From contig NC_058381.1 of assembly GCF_018350175.1 (NCBI RefSeq), positions 60,760,001 through 60,824,000 of the forward strand: DNA of 64,000 nt, written 5' to 3'. Shown one piece after another: positions 11,801-29,777 of this stretch. Below the pieces are notes generated by a model, which worked only from the letters and a program-made list of their open reading frames with translations, had not been told where the DNA came from and did no database searches. The DNA is from Felis catus (lineage: Eukaryota). Position 1 is the first letter of the stretch, and each line of letters begins with the position of its first letter. A program made the position numbers and the translations under genes.

Positions 11801-13061
11801 GGCCAGACCTAGGCCGTCCTTTGGTTCTGTAGGGGAAGGTGGGGGGACAGGAGCTCCAGAGGTACGGGGGCAGGGAAGAGTCAGAACAGGACAGGTGCAG
11901 GACACATCCCACCCCCTCCCCCACCAAGAGCCACTGTCTTGTGCCACCCTGGGATGGGGGAAGCGGTCTGCCCCCGTGCAGCCTGTGACTGCATGGCCAA
12001 AGCCAGGACCCAGAGGGCAGAGTGGTCAGCCTGGGGGTGGGGAGGGGGAGCAGGAAGGGTACTCTGTGGGCTAGGTCAGGTTGAGCCTGCTCGGAACACA
12101 CACACGGAGTGACTTCAGTTACGAGCAGTTTTCACGCTGCAAGGAAGAGTTCCCCTGGGGCCGAGGCGGCTACTCCACAGGGAGGCCCAGGGCCAGGGCG
12201 GGAAGCGGCTGGCGGGCCTCGGCCCCTCGCCCCTGGGCTCAGCAGCCCCCCTGGGTGCCCACAGCAGCAGCGCCTGGCTCACCTGGAGGAGAAGCTGCGG
12301 CTGCTGGCTCAGGCGCGGGACGAGGCCCAGAGCGCCTGCCTGCAGCAGAGGCAGACGGTGGCCGAGGCGCAGGCGCAGGCCAGCCAGCTGGGCCTGCAGG
12401 TGGAGGGCCTGAGGCGGCGCCTACAGGAGCTGCAGCAGGTAACTCGGACTTTGAGGGCCCCCCCCCGTGCCCTCCCCCCGCCACACGCTCACCCCCACAT
12501 CTGGCAGGAACTGAGCAACAAGGACCAAGAAAAGGTGGCAGAGGTGACCAGGGTGCGGGTGGAGCTGCAGGAGCAGAACGGCCGCCTGCAGGCCGAACTG
12601 ACGGCCCAGGAGGCTCTGAGAGAGAAGGTGGCGGCGCTGGAGCGCCAGCTGAAAGGTGAGCTGAGCCCCCAGCCCCGGTGCCCTCGCAGCCCAGCCTGTC
12701 CTCAGTGGGCCACCCGATGACAGCCGGCCGGGCTGCAGAGCTGAGCCTGGCCTGGGTCTCAGCTCCCAGGGGCGCTGGATGGGGTCTGCCTCTGTGGGAC
12801 CCCGGCCAGGGCCCCCCAGGCCCTCTCCCCCGCTGCCGTCCTCCCTGAGGTTCTTCCCCTGCAGTGATCACAGGTGACCACCGGGAGGCGCTGCTGGACA
12901 GGGAGAGTGAGAACGCCTCTCTCCGGGAGAAGCTTCGGCTCAAGGAGGCTGAGATCGCCCGGATCCGGGAGGAGGAGGCCCAGAGGGCCAGCTTCCTGCA
13001 AAATGCCATCCTGGCTTACGTACAGGGGTCTCCCCTGAGAGCCATGGGTCCCCAGAAGTGA
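5813..13061 (+). CDS. LRRC45: Leucine-rich repeat-containing protein 45 (centrosome linker), 17 exons, 670 aa
   Basis: Exons 5813-6032, 6584-6645, 7063-7133, 7384-7562, 7816-7944, 9012-9124, 9454-9512, 9764-9841, 10117-10252, 10337-10414, 10505-10616, 10730-10800, 11230-11322, 11626-11718, 12265-12438, 12508-12655, 12865-13061 total 2013 nt in one open frame. N-terminal LRRs ([25 protein letters not shown]) then coiled coil. Confidence 0.96.
6711..6732. repeat. (TG)11 microsatellite in LRRC45 intron 2
   Basis: Perfect TG run. Confidence 0.95.
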
Positions 13062-13879
13062 AGGGAAGCAGGGGGACTCCTAGAGTGGCAGGAAGGCAGC
13101 ATCTCCCAGACATCTGTGCCCCATCCCTGCCTGTCCCTTCCTCTCAAGGGACAGCCCATCAGGCTGGCAGCTTAAGGCAGGGTCTACGGCTGGGGACTTG
13201 GAAAATCGGTGCCAAGCCGGACCAGCGAGCGGGGCCACTGCTGCCCAGCGCTGGGGTGCCCTGCTAGGCAGGCACGAGGCTAGTCATCCAAGACATCCCC
13301 AGCAGACACACCGTGGGCCCCAACGCCAGTCCTTCGGGTGGGTCCCAGGGAACATGCCTGAGATGTGTTTCAGAAGAAGCAGCCGCAGGGGAAGAAAATC
13401 CAGAAGACCTGCACCCCTACCCCTCACAATCACCTTTTCCGGTGTGCCCACAAACGCTCCTTTCCCAATGTAACCAGGAGTCCTGGTTCTTTTGAAATAC
13501 AGAACTTTTACACTTTGTGATACATTTTGGGCCGGTGCCTTTCCCCGCATGTGTCTGTGCTCCCAGCCACCCAGGAGACCCTCTCGGGCGTGGCTGTTGC
13601 CCTGTGGGGACGTGGGGCTACTGTAGCACACCTATGGGGCTGCGGGGGCGGGGTGGGGGGACCGGTGACTGCCAGCACCAGCTGTCTCCTGGTCGCGGGG
13701 CGAGTGCATCTCAGCCCCTCTGTCCGCGGGCCCTGGGCAGGCGCTTCCTGGAAGAAGCCACAGGCACACAGACGGCCCCACACACGGCCTGGTTGGGGGG
13801 CATCGCCTGCCTGCGCTGGCCCCCGGCCCGTGGCATGGGTCCCAGGGGCTCCGGGGACTGGCTGGGGATCGCCGTGTCC

Positions 13880-16222
<2,343 letters not shown>

Positions 16223-16566
16223 AGCCAGCTTCTGGAGGAGCGACCCCGCCCGGGCCCGTGCTTGCTGTCGTGTCGAGATGTTTGGTGTCCCTGAGTCTGC
16301 TGTGGGGGAGTGGTGTGGGTGGGGAGGGGGAAGAAGCATGGGGACAGGGCTGGGGCCGTGGAGTCCTGTCTGCTCTGTCTTGTCCTTCTGGGGTACAGCT
16401 CCAGCTTTACCTGGCCCCCACGGGAGGCTGGAAGGGAGCAGGGTCTCCCTCGGGCTGCAGGGGCAGGTCCAGGGCAGCCCCAGGATGGGCTTCCTGGTGG
16501 GGGAGGTTGGGGGGATGGGTCCGGTTCATGCGCCCCAGGATGGGGCAGCCCTTTCTTCTTTTATAC

Positions 16567-16572
16567 AATAAA
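16567..16572 (+). terminator. RAC3 polyadenylation signal
   Basis: AATAAA ~345 nt after the stop. Confidence 0.8.
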
Positions 16573-17169
16573 CATTCTCCACCACCATCTCCCGCCTGTC
16601 TGGGTACTTGCCTCTCTGCCCTGGGGTGCCTGGCCCCTCACTTCCCTCATCCAGAGTACAGAGGGGTGAGCTTGACCCCACACCCTGGGCAAGAGGAGAG
16701 AACGACCTTGCTCAGCTGTGTCAGTCCCCAAAGGATGTGACCCAGATCAAAATGGGAGCAAGGACATGTAGCCCCTTTGGGGTGAGGAAAGCCCCCCTCG
16801 TGCTGACTTCAGGCCTCGGGGAGGGGCAGGCGCTGGGGAGGCGGGCTTCGGTGCAGCAGCTCTCAGGTGTGGGGAGGGGACAGCCTGCGGTCCCGCACCC
16901 ACCAGGGCTGGGCCACACTGAGCTAAGTATTCAAGAAGAGAAGTGGTCAGGAGGAGAGGCGGCCAGTGTAGAAAAAAGCGTGGTGGTCAAGTGTGGTTCC
17001 TCTGGAGTGGCAAGGGGGCCGTGTGTCAGTGCCAGAGTCAGAAATAGTGGGAGGGAAGGTGAAGGTCAGCCGGGGAGCGCCCCGGGGGGCCACGGTGCAG
17101 GAGCTCGGACTTCACCCGAGGCCGCAGGGTGCCAGTCCAGGCAGGTGCTTACGGCACCAGGCCTCCCCA

Positions 17170-17900
17170 TGGTGTGCACAACAGGCTCCCGCCGGCTCAG
17201 AAGAGCCAACTGTGAGAGTTTTCAGGAGTTTCGCTAGCCAGTTGCTAAACTGCCTTTATTAATAATTATATACACTTACAATGAGTCATATCAGAAAATG
17301 AGCAAATACTCCAAACACTCGTTTTTGTACACAATGCTATCGTCTAGGGGTGTGGGGTTACTTGTGCCCGTGGCATCTGTGTGGTGCGGATGCCACATGA
17401 AGGTGGGACACTGCACATCTGTCCCCACACACCTGTGCCCAGCCCCGCCCTCAGTGACAGCAGATTGGGGGGGTGTCCCTACCCTGTGGAGACCGGCAAG
17501 TTCGAGCAGGGCCTGGCGGACCGAATCGTTCAGGCCTAAGGCAGGAAGACACGCGGGTGACACATGGGCCAGCTCTCACGTGGGGAGTCCTTTGCGAGCC
17601 ACAAAAGTGGGACGATGTCCTTCCAGTATTTGAAAACTGTCACCTGATTTGGCAAAGAGGTCGATCAGGTCACTGACAAATTAGCGAAGTTCCAACATCC
17701 GTCTTCCTTGTTCCACTTCTGACTCGTTCATTAATGCCGATAAGCATCAACCGGTGTCTCCGTGCGGTTACACCCACGGAGCTGGTTGTCAGAACGCCGC
17801 TGCTTCCAGCCCACAAGCCTCTGGACGAGCCAAAGGCCATCCTTGGTCAAATTCACCGCCGTGCTTAGGAGCTGGCCTGCTGGATGGCCTCGCCTCCCAG
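17170..17900. mobile_element. Decayed hAT DNA transposon, MER63-like
   Basis: Segments such as TTTTCAGGAGTTTCGCTAGCCAGTTGCTAAAC and TTATTAATAATTATATACACTTACAAT resemble the MER63 consensus as recalled; boundaries approximate. Confidence 0.5.
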
Positions 17901-18094
17901 GCCCTGCCAGGAACTTGGCCAGGTCTGAAAAATCTCAGGCACGGGAGCCAGGCTGCCACCTGGCCTGGGCTGTGAGTTGAACGGGTGCCTGCCTACCTGG
18001 GACTCGTTCCCACCCCCCAGCACTGGGTCCTGCACCCCCCGACCCCTTGCCAGCGGCCTAGCAGTCAGTGTGCAAACCAGGCAGAAGAATCATG

Positions 18095-18100
18095 TTTATT
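18095..18100 (-). terminator. DCXR polyadenylation signal
   Basis: AATAAA on the minus strand ~60 nt after the stop. Confidence 0.8.
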
Positions 18101-18161
18101 GGAGAGACGGGGACAGGGGTGGGCTCAGCATGAAGCGGGGGTTACGTTAGGCAGAGGAGAC

Positions 18162-19899
<1,738 letters not shown>

Positions 19900-20125
19900 G
19901 GCTGGCGTTCAGTGTCTGAGTGTGGCGGCCGTCGGAGGGCGCGGGGCGGGACGGCGGAGAGGCGGGGCGCGGAGGGGCCAATCACAGGCTGGTGTCCGGG
20001 TCGGGGGCGGGGACATGGAAATAGCACCGCTCAGGCGGGCGCCGCAGGCGCAAGGGAGTGGGGGCGGCGGGGGCGGCGGGGGCGGCGGGGGGCGGCGGGG
20101 GGCGGCGGGGGGCGGCGGGTCACCT
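19900..20125 (-). promoter_or_regulatory. DCXR CpG-rich promoter
   Basis: GC boxes, a CCAAT motif at 19978-19982 and a GC-rich repeat just upstream of the ATG. Confidence 0.65.
20060..20119. repeat. (G5-6CGGC)x6 tandem repeat
   Basis: Six units: three of 9 bp then three of 10 bp; G-quadruplex-capable. Confidence 0.9.
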
Positions 20126-20441
20126 GAGCCTGAAAGCTGTTTAGCGGCCTCCGAAAGCAGAGCCCCGGAGAGCACCGGTTCCCTGCCAAGATTGTTCCAG
20201 AAAAGGTGTGCTGGTTAATACCAGAAAAAACGTGTAGCTACACGTGAAATGCAGAACTCAGCGCCAACATATCTTGCTTTGTTTCTGGGAAGAAAAGTTT
20301 GGCAAAGGGGATCGCATGACCCGCACCCCCACCCTACCCCATGGCTGACGCAGGTTCTCTCATAGTGCCCAAAGGGAAAGAGTTTGGACAACTAAATCAG
20401 CCTGAAGAAGCCAATGCCAACAAAGCCCCACCTTAACCTGG

Positions 20442-20750
20442 TGAGGTAGAGTCCCCTCCCTAAGGAAGGAAAAAAACAAAAACAAAATCCTCAAGGTAAC
20501 CTGGCTGTGCGCATACATGACAACATCCCTCAGGACCTTGTAACATGAGATCACTTAATCAGACTGCATGTTTGTCTGTTACCACATATGGGAGAAAAAG
20601 AAGTAGAAAACACATTTGAAAAACTATGCCACGTGGTGCTCGGGGCTCAGTTCTTTGGGTAGGAACCCAAATGAACTGTGCTGGCAGGAATAAAGTTGCT
20701 TCCTGGGAAATAAAACCTCAGTGTCGCGACTCTGCGAGAGTCCTGCTACA
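20442..20750 (+). repeat. ERV 5' LTR
   Basis: TGAGGTAGAG...CTGCTACA with AATAAA at 20689-20694; followed by the PBS. Confidence 0.9.
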
Positions 20751-20755
20751 TTACT

Positions 20756-20773
20756 TGGGGACTCGTCCGGGAT
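20756..20773 (+). other. Primer-binding site complementary to tRNA-Pro
   Basis: TGGGGACTCGTCCGGGAT matches the MLV-type PBS-Pro TGGGGGCTCGTCCGGGAT at 17/18 positions. Confidence 0.9.
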
Positions 20774-21819
20774 TCAGAGACAGTGCGTTTCCACCTCCTT
20801 TGCTGCTGGGATACGAACCTCCGGGCGCCAGGGGACCACTTGACCCGCAGGAGGCTACCCCTCCCGGCTGGGGGTGAGGGCCCCGTGTGCGCCAGCGGAG
20901 CCCGTGAGGCCCAGGGACCAGCTCAGGGAGCGCCCATCAGACTAGTATGAACCCAGGTTCGTTTGGGCAGACCTGCCCCTAAGAGGCAGAAGGGGAGCCT
21001 GGTCACCCCCCAGGGCTGCCTTAGTAGTTCAGCGAGGGGACTAGGCACAAAGCCGCAACTCCAGGGCGCTCGGCGGCGGCGGGTTGGAGTCACCGTGTGA
21101 CCGTGTGTGGGGACTTGTCTCATTCATTTCCTGGGTCAATGACTATGATAATTAGAGCCAACTGTCTCTGGTTAGCTTACCTCAGAATGGGAGCTTTAAG
21201 GAATACTCCCAAGGGGCCCAAACTCCCTTTGTTTCAGGGAAATTCCCTGTCTTCTCCGGACTGACATGCACTGCCTTATTGCACTAGTGAAAAACAAAAC
21301 AAAACAAAAGAAACCTGGGCTCTGCTCCTCTGTCTGAGCCCACAAGACTTAAAACTGAGAATTCTCTTTCTCTGCCTTCTGCTGGCACCTCGCCTCTTCT
21401 GCCTTCCCCTCCCCCCCTCCTGTTTCTGCACCACTTGGGGGGCGGCCTGCAGAACGGGCTCCCCAATGCCTCAGGCACAGAAGCACCCCGCCCCAGAGAT
21501 CCTGGAGTGGAGACCACACACTGCAGATTTCCCCACCGGGACTCTAAGTAGCAATTAATCACGGGAAACAAATTGTCTTCGGTGGACCCAAGTAAAACGT
21601 ATTCAGTGTTTAAGTTAATTCAAGTTTGTTGGTTTGATAGAGACAATGTTTATCAACATTAAAAAAAAAACAACTTTTACTCTACCTAGATTTGCAAATA
21701 AGCTCATGTGATCTCTGTTCCAATTTAACAGAAGGGTGACTTAAAGTAATGGTTAACTTTGTCTCATAGTTTTCATGAGTAATTGTTAAAATAGCTTTCA
21801 GTCTTTGGTAACTTAAAAC

Positions 21820-22163
21820 TGTTAGGATGTCCTTGGAACCACAGTAGAGGGGACGGCCATCTTGCCAGTGCAATACAATGAAAAGCCCCTAGTGGCGTTC
21901 CAGAACGAATTGGAGGTCAGCCAATCACCGAGAGACAGCACGACCTGACATGAAAAAGGCCCACCTGGACCTAAACCCGGAGCAGCTGCAGCTTAAAAAC
22001 CCCACCCCACCACACCTGGATGCGACTTCCCTGGCTCCTCTCTCTCTCTCCCTGAGTCACGGAACCTCGCCCGAGACCTTAGTTCCCAAATAAAGCCTTT
22101 GACTGCTAAAATTTTTTAGCCTCTGACTCCTACCTTTACCCTGCCTTACGCTTGACCCTAACA
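21820..22163 (+). mobile_element. Solo LTR nested inside the ERV
   Basis: Inverted ends TGTTAGG...CCTAACA, AATAAA at 22089-22094, 5-bp TSD AAAAC at 21815-21819 and 22164-22168. Confidence 0.85.
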
Positions 22164-22682
22164 AAAACGTTAAAGTTTTTGCTTGCATGATAAATTGGGT
22201 TTTAATTCATTGGCTATCTAACGAGACAAGAGGCTAAAGGACTAATTACTAGATGTAGGTTTGCCCTTTTGACTTGTTGCAGAAAAACTAAAGATATTTG
22301 GATCTGTTAAAAAACATGCTTTGTGCTTGATTCGTAAGTTTGCCATCTAAGAAATTCTGATGTAACAGTTCACAATTGATTACTACTTAGTTTTCACTGG
22401 AGACTAAGGTTTCTAAGAGTTAAAATTCTGCTAAATGTAGTTGAGACTGATGGAAATAAGGAAAGCAACTCTACATGTAGAAAACTAGACATATAAATAA
22501 ATATAAGGTATGGAAATACATTTTTTGTTAAAGGTAAAAAAAAAAAAAAGTAATTTTGTCCTAAATAAGACTGGTTGTTTGGGGAAAAAATGGCTCAGGT
22601 CAAAATCTAAAAGCAAAGGACAGTTATAAAAAGGTTTATGAAGAAAAATCTTTAAAAAATGGTACATATGGTCAGGAGGTCT

Positions 22683-22790
22683 AAGGTCAAATCTTTAAAC
22701 TACGCTAAATTAGCCACTATCTTACAGACACAAAATAAAACCCCGGTGGCCTTCCTGGAAAGGTTAAGGGAGGCTCTCATTAAATATACA
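22683..22790 (+). pseudogene. ERV gag capsid remnant (major homology region)
   Basis: Translates KVKSLNYAKLATILQTQNKTPVAFLERLREALIKYT, similar to the gammaretroviral QGxxExPxxFLERLxEAxxxYT motif. Confidence 0.8.
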
Positions 22791-23009
22791 CTGTGGGCCA
22801 CTTGACCGACCCTTGGGTAGATTCTAACTGCTGTACCCCTACGCCATCCCTCGTAAGCTTGAAGAAGCCAGAACGGTCATCATCCCTGTTCCCTCACAGC
22901 AGACACAGGCCCTGTTCCAGGGGAGCAATGAATAGGGAAAGGGTGAACATTAGGCAGGGAGAGACAAGGGACCTTCAGGGAGGCAGACTACAGCTGCAGG
23001 TGGGAAGCT

Positions 23010-23392
23010 GAAGAAGCAGATGGGGTTCTCTCCTTGTGAAATCCCTTATGGGCACCCCCCCCCCATTATCAAGGGCATAAGGGGGGGATCTAAATGAGAC
23101 AGGCAATCTAACCCTAAGACAACAGATGTGAGCCCTTGCGTCTACCCTGACCACCTTATACCACTGGGTCAGGGAGCGATTACCTGTGAGTCTGACCACA
23201 GATGCTCACGCTTTTAAACCAGGAGATGCTGTATGGGTGAAGGAGCAGAGTGTCCAACCCCTAAAACCCCTCTGGAGAGGACTGTTCATTGTCATTTTGT
23301 GCACCCCTACGCAGGAAAGTAGCCGAAGCGGGTCCCTGGGTTCACTACGGCAGAGTGAAGCCGGCATCTCGAAACTGGGAGTGCCTTCCTGA
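23010..23392 (+). pseudogene. ERV pol integrase C-terminal remnant (disrupted)
   Basis: GFSPCEIPYG...HAFKPGDAVWVK...PLWRG...VILCTPT, then frameshifted KVAEAGPWVHYGRVK (GPY/F and WIHxSxVK motifs). Confidence 0.8.
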
Positions 23393-23703
23393 TTCATCAA
23401 CGCCGTGCAAGCTGACCACCAGGAAGAAGCAATCTGCAACTCCAGAGGCTCCGGCTCCGGGAGACCGCAGCCCTGCTTTAGTCCCTTGGAAGCTGACTGA
23501 TCTACGCACGGCAGCAGCTTGAGGAACCGACGGTCCGATGAAACAAGACTGTCCTTAGTTTCTATATGTTTCCTTGCTGTGAGGCACTGTCACGCCTTGT
23601 TTTTCACTGTTACTGTCATTCTTGCCCTACTTTTCACCATGGGATTGGCTGAGGCCGCCCCGGGCCGGCTAGGAATGGGGGGAGAGGTTTCCGTTAGCAC
23701 TCA

Positions 23704-23826
23704 CTAGCCAAGCAGCAAACCAAAATGCTCAGCGCTATCTATCAAAATCGCTGGGCCTCAGATCACCTGCTTGCTTCTGAGGAAGAAGTTTGTAAAAAGT
23801 TTAGCCTCAGCAACCGCTGCCTATAG
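23704..23826 (+). pseudogene. ERV env transmembrane-subunit remnant
   Basis: [40 protein letters not shown]: degraded immunosuppressive domain and CX6CC region with an in-frame stop. Confidence 0.8.
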
Positions 23827-24182
23827 ATAACGAGGAAAAAGTCATAGAAAAGATCACAGATCAAATCAAAAGGATTACTCATGTCCCTGACCAGACCTGG
23901 AGTGGTTAAAACCCCGGAGAGTTATTTGGAAACTAACTTTCAGGGGATTCAAAACTCTCATAAAAATTATCCTCCTGATTCTGGGAGGTTGCTTAATCCT
24001 ACGGTGCTTGGCTCCCTTGGTTGTACGGTCTGCTTCCAGTCTCACTGAGGCCATGATTTAAAAAAAAAAAAAAAAAAAAGAGGACAGCCATACATGAAAT
24101 GATGCTATAGAAATACAAGCCTTTAAACCAAGATGGTGCTCTTTAACCCAAAATAGAGGGGTCCAAGCATCAAAGAGGGGAA

Positions 24183-24492
24183 TGCGGTAGGGTTCCCTCC
24201 CTAAGGAAAACAAACTAAAAAACCCTCAAGGTAACCTGGCTATGAGCATTCATGACAACATTGCTCACGACCCTATAACAGGAGACCACTTAATCAGACC
24301 GCATGTTTGTGTGTGTTTCCATATACGGGAGACAAAGAAGTAGAAAATACATTAAAAAAACACCACGTGGCATTCGGGGCTCAATTCTTTGGGTACGAAC
24401 CCAACTGAGCGATGCGGCACAAATAAAGTTGCTTCCCGGAAAGAAAAGCCTGGGTGCGGTGTCACGACTCTCTGTATGAGAATCTTGCTACA
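24183..24492 (+). repeat. ERV 3' LTR
   Basis: Preceded by PPT AAAGAGGGGAA (24172-24182); TGCGGTAGGG...TTGCTACA; AATAAA at 24422-24427. Confidence 0.9.
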
Positions 24493-25019
24493 CTGGAAGG
24501 GAGAGGAACCCCTATCATCCAGGCCCTTTAGCAGGAGACCACCAGCACTGTAAAAAAAACTTGCACGGGATGAGATAGGAGGATCGGGGTCATCCGGGGT
24601 TCACGGTGGCCGGCAAGGGCAGCAAGCATTGCTTCCTGAGCCTTTAGGGTCATTTACAGATAGATGTGAGCCCGTGGGTCCATGGCATCTTCCCCAGATC
24701 CCAGACCCTCTAACCTCTCTGACTGGCGGAGGTCGGAGCAGCAGTGCTGGGCTGAAGGGCGGGGCCAGAGCCTCAAGGGGAGGGAACGTGGCTGCCCTCT
24801 GCCCAGGGCTGATTGGGGGGCTGGGGGAGGGGGCGGGGCACGGACAAAAATCTCTGTGTAAGAAATCGCTGCCCTTCAGCTACAAGACAGGGTCGCCGTG
24901 GAGTCCGGCTGGCTTGAGGATCTGCGCCCTCATTTCAAGGCAAGTGAAATGTGTGCTCCCCCTCCCTGATCCTCCCCTCCCAAACCCCGGCACGCACTGG
25001 TTCCAGAGAATGGCCTCCA

Positions 25020-25025
25020 TTTATT
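25020..25025 (-). terminator. CBR2-like gene polyadenylation signal
   Basis: AATAAA on the minus strand ~260 nt after the stop. Confidence 0.7.
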
Positions 25026-25085
25026 TAGGGAAATCAAGCCGGCACAGCGGAGGACACTGGGTGGGGGCGACAGGGGCGGGTTTCA

Positions 25086-27229
<2,144 letters not shown>

Positions 27230-27269
27230 GGTGCCGACTCTGAGCCTGTGTGCAGCAGGAGAGGAGGGC

Positions 27270-27360
27270 AAGGAGGTTTTAAAGGCCTGGGGCGGGCCGT
27301 TGGGGTGCTGTGGAGGGAGTGGGGGGGCTGGAGGCGCAGGGCAGGGGCGGGGCATCACTG
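27270..27360 (-). promoter_or_regulatory. Putative CBR2 proximal promoter
   Basis: TATA-like TTTAAAA on the minus strand at 27277-27283 (~50 nt before the ATG) and GC box GGGGCGGGGC at 27344-27353. Confidence 0.5.
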
Positions 27361-27461
27361 CAGTCTCTACTTCCTTGTTTACAGGAATCTTCTGCCCTCC
27401 CCAGCACAACCCAAAGGTGCTGGTCAAAAGCTGCACCATGAGGTTTGGAAAAGGAAATAAA

Positions 27462-27895
27462 GGGGCTTGTGGGTGGCTCAGTCGAAGTGTCTGACTCTTG
27501 AGACCGGCTCAGGTGGCGATCGTGCATCAGATTCCATGCTGAGCTTGGAGCCTGTGTGGGATTCTCTCCCCCTCCCTCTGCCCCTCTCCCCGACTTGCAC
27601 TTTCTCTCCAAATAAATAAATATTAAAAAAAAAAAAAAACAGAAAAGAAAAATAGGGGCGCCTGGATGGCTCAGTCACTTAAGCGTCGACTTCGGCTCAG
27701 GTCATGATCTCTCAGTTCATGAGTTCGAGCCCCGTGTCGGGCTCTGTGCTGACACCTTGGAGCCTGCAGCCTGCTTCCGATTCTGTGTCTCCCTCTCTCT
27801 GCCCTTCCCCCACTCACGCTCTGTCTCTCTCTCTCTCAAAAATAAAAATAAAGATTAAAAAAATTAACAACAACAAAAACAGAAAAAAAATTAAC
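27462..27895 (+). mobile_element. Two adjacent CAN-SINEs upstream of CBR2
   Basis: Heads at ~27462 and ~27655, each with a (CT)-rich body and A tail. Confidence 0.85.
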
Positions 27896-29307
27896 CGCGG
27901 AGTAGGAATGTGGCCCTTCTTGGATGGTGGGGACGGATGGCCTGGAGCTGGCCCCTGCAAGCCTCGAGCAGGCGCCCCTGGATTATAGCCCAGGCATACT
28001 GGGTTTGAGGCCGTTCTCCTGCCCTGCTGACCCCGACTCCACCACGGCCCTAGTCTGTGGCCTCCAGAGTCTTCCTCACTGGCCCCTGGCCGGCCTAGGA
28101 CACCCACCCCCTGGCTTCCAAGCCTAGAGCCCAATCCTATCCACAGGTGTGGCCACCCTGCCGGCCTCATTCCCTCTCAGGTGTGGCTCGGGGAGGGGGC
28201 GGTTCTCCCTCCCGGCTGTCCTGTTTTGGCTCCCTCCCCCCACTCTGAAACTTCATCTCGGCACAAATCGGCGAACTCTTCCGGGCACTAGAGGCCTCAT
28301 GGGCTTCTCCTCTGTGCCACTGCTTCCTGTGGGTTCTGATGGCGATTCCACTTCTGGCAGCGAGCCCCAGGCCTGTCCTGAGCACCTTCTGGTCCTGGGT
28401 CCCGGGCCTCACGGGACCCATGCCGCTGTCCACAGGTTCGGGGGTCAGGGCAGGGCACGTGACAGGTCTACCAGGCCCTCCCGATCCAGAGGTGTGCCCC
28501 ACCGTCTCTCCCTCACTCAGACCTGGCCAGCGCCCCAGGAAGAGAGGCTCCCGTCCTAAAGCCCATCCTGCCTCTCGGAGACCCCCTCAGTCCCGCAGAC
28601 CCAGCTGGGCTTGCCCTCTGGGCGCGTCCTTGGCTTGCGAATCATCGGTGAGTGAAATGGAGGGACTCCTTGCCCTGACACAGGTAACTCGTGCAGTCTG
28701 GCTTTCTTCCCAGACACCTGTTGGACATTTGTTCCCAAGAGGGACTCAAGGTGCCAGCTGTGGGGGTGGGACATGGAGCCGGTCCTGTGTGCGAGTGAGG
28801 CTCCAGAGAGCACATTAGCCAGGTGCCTGGGAAGCGCCTTTATGCAGCGCGGGGCTGAGCTCTCATCTGCGGGATCCGCCCGCAGGTCTCTGAGATCCCC
28901 AGGAGAGAGCACACCTGCTTCCGCCCCTCTCCGAGCCCTGGAGGACGGCTTCCACGTGGCCTGGGGGACAGTCCCCAGCCCCTTGCCCACCCTTTGCCTG
29001 ATCTGCTCGCAGAGGTCCCTCTGGGGAGTGTTCTCCCAAACACCCACAGCTTAAAATTGTCTCCCTACATCCCTCAACCCACACCCCGAATCAGAACACC
29101 CGGCAGCACCCGCCCCACTCCACCAAGGCCACCACGACATTCCAGACACATTCAAGTGCTACGGATCATTTTTATTCTGAAATCATTCAGGATTGCAAGG
29201 ATAGTACAACCGTTTTCTCTGAACCATTTTGAGAGTAGTTTGCAAAACTAGCACCCCATCGCCTGCAAGTAGCTTAGTGTCTGTTTCCTTCAAATGGACA
29301 TTATCCT

Positions 29308-29331
29308 ACACACACACACACACACACACAC
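29308..29331. repeat. (AC)12 microsatellite
   Basis: Perfect AC run inside an old LINE-like fragment. Confidence 0.9.
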
Positions 29332-29454
29332 CAGCCAAGGAACTAACACCACATGTCCCCACCATGTGTCCTCAGCTCCCTTTCAGGTCTTAAAAATTGT
29401 CCCAGTGACGTTCTTGTTGTAAAGAACGGCTTCACTGAGGCATAGTCGGCATAT

Positions 29455-29777
29455 AATCAGAAATTCAACTGAGCAAATATTGAAGATCTGACTTTATTAA
29501 TCAGTTCGTGGATTAGGCATCATCTCATCCCCAAGCAGAGAGGAACTCCGTTGAGCTGCAGAAAAGGAAGGGTTTTTAAGGAAGAGAGGGAATGGAAAAA
29601 AGGAAATTAGTAGCAAAGAATGCATTGTTTTAGGCCAGGTGGCCCTCCTAAGGGGAACAGAAGGGGTCCCTCAATACATGTCCTGGTGCTGACCAGGGCA
29701 TTCCCCGGATGACTGGCTAACGGGTCCCTGACGTGAGTGACTACATTTGGGGCCCCGCGGTTTCCTTTTTAGCAACA
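29455..29777 (-). mobile_element. ERV1-class LTR-like element
   Basis: Minus strand starts TGTTGCTAAAAAGGAAACC...GGCCCCAAATGTAGTCAC and has AATAAA at 29493-29498, as in MER34/MER4-group LTRs. No TSD found. Confidence 0.45.

Larger units (their letters stand above)
20442..24492 (+). mobile_element. Internally deleted gamma-type (ERV1) endogenous retrovirus
   Basis: 5' LTR 20442-20750 and 3' LTR 24183-24492, both TG...CA and clearly alignable; 4-bp TSD CTGG at 20438-20441 and 24493-24496; PBS-Pro; polypurine tract; gag MHR, integrase-tail and env TM remnants. Confidence 0.93.

Noticed and set aside
12262-12270. Tandem CAG acceptors at LRRC45 exon 15 (also GPS1 48612-48617)
   Set aside because: NAGNAG sites are common and change at most one or two Gln; nothing here suggests regulation.
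23519-24100. Domesticated (syncytin-like) env gene
   Set aside because: Only a short TM fragment with a degraded immunosuppressive domain and an in-frame stop remains; no SU region or long ORF.
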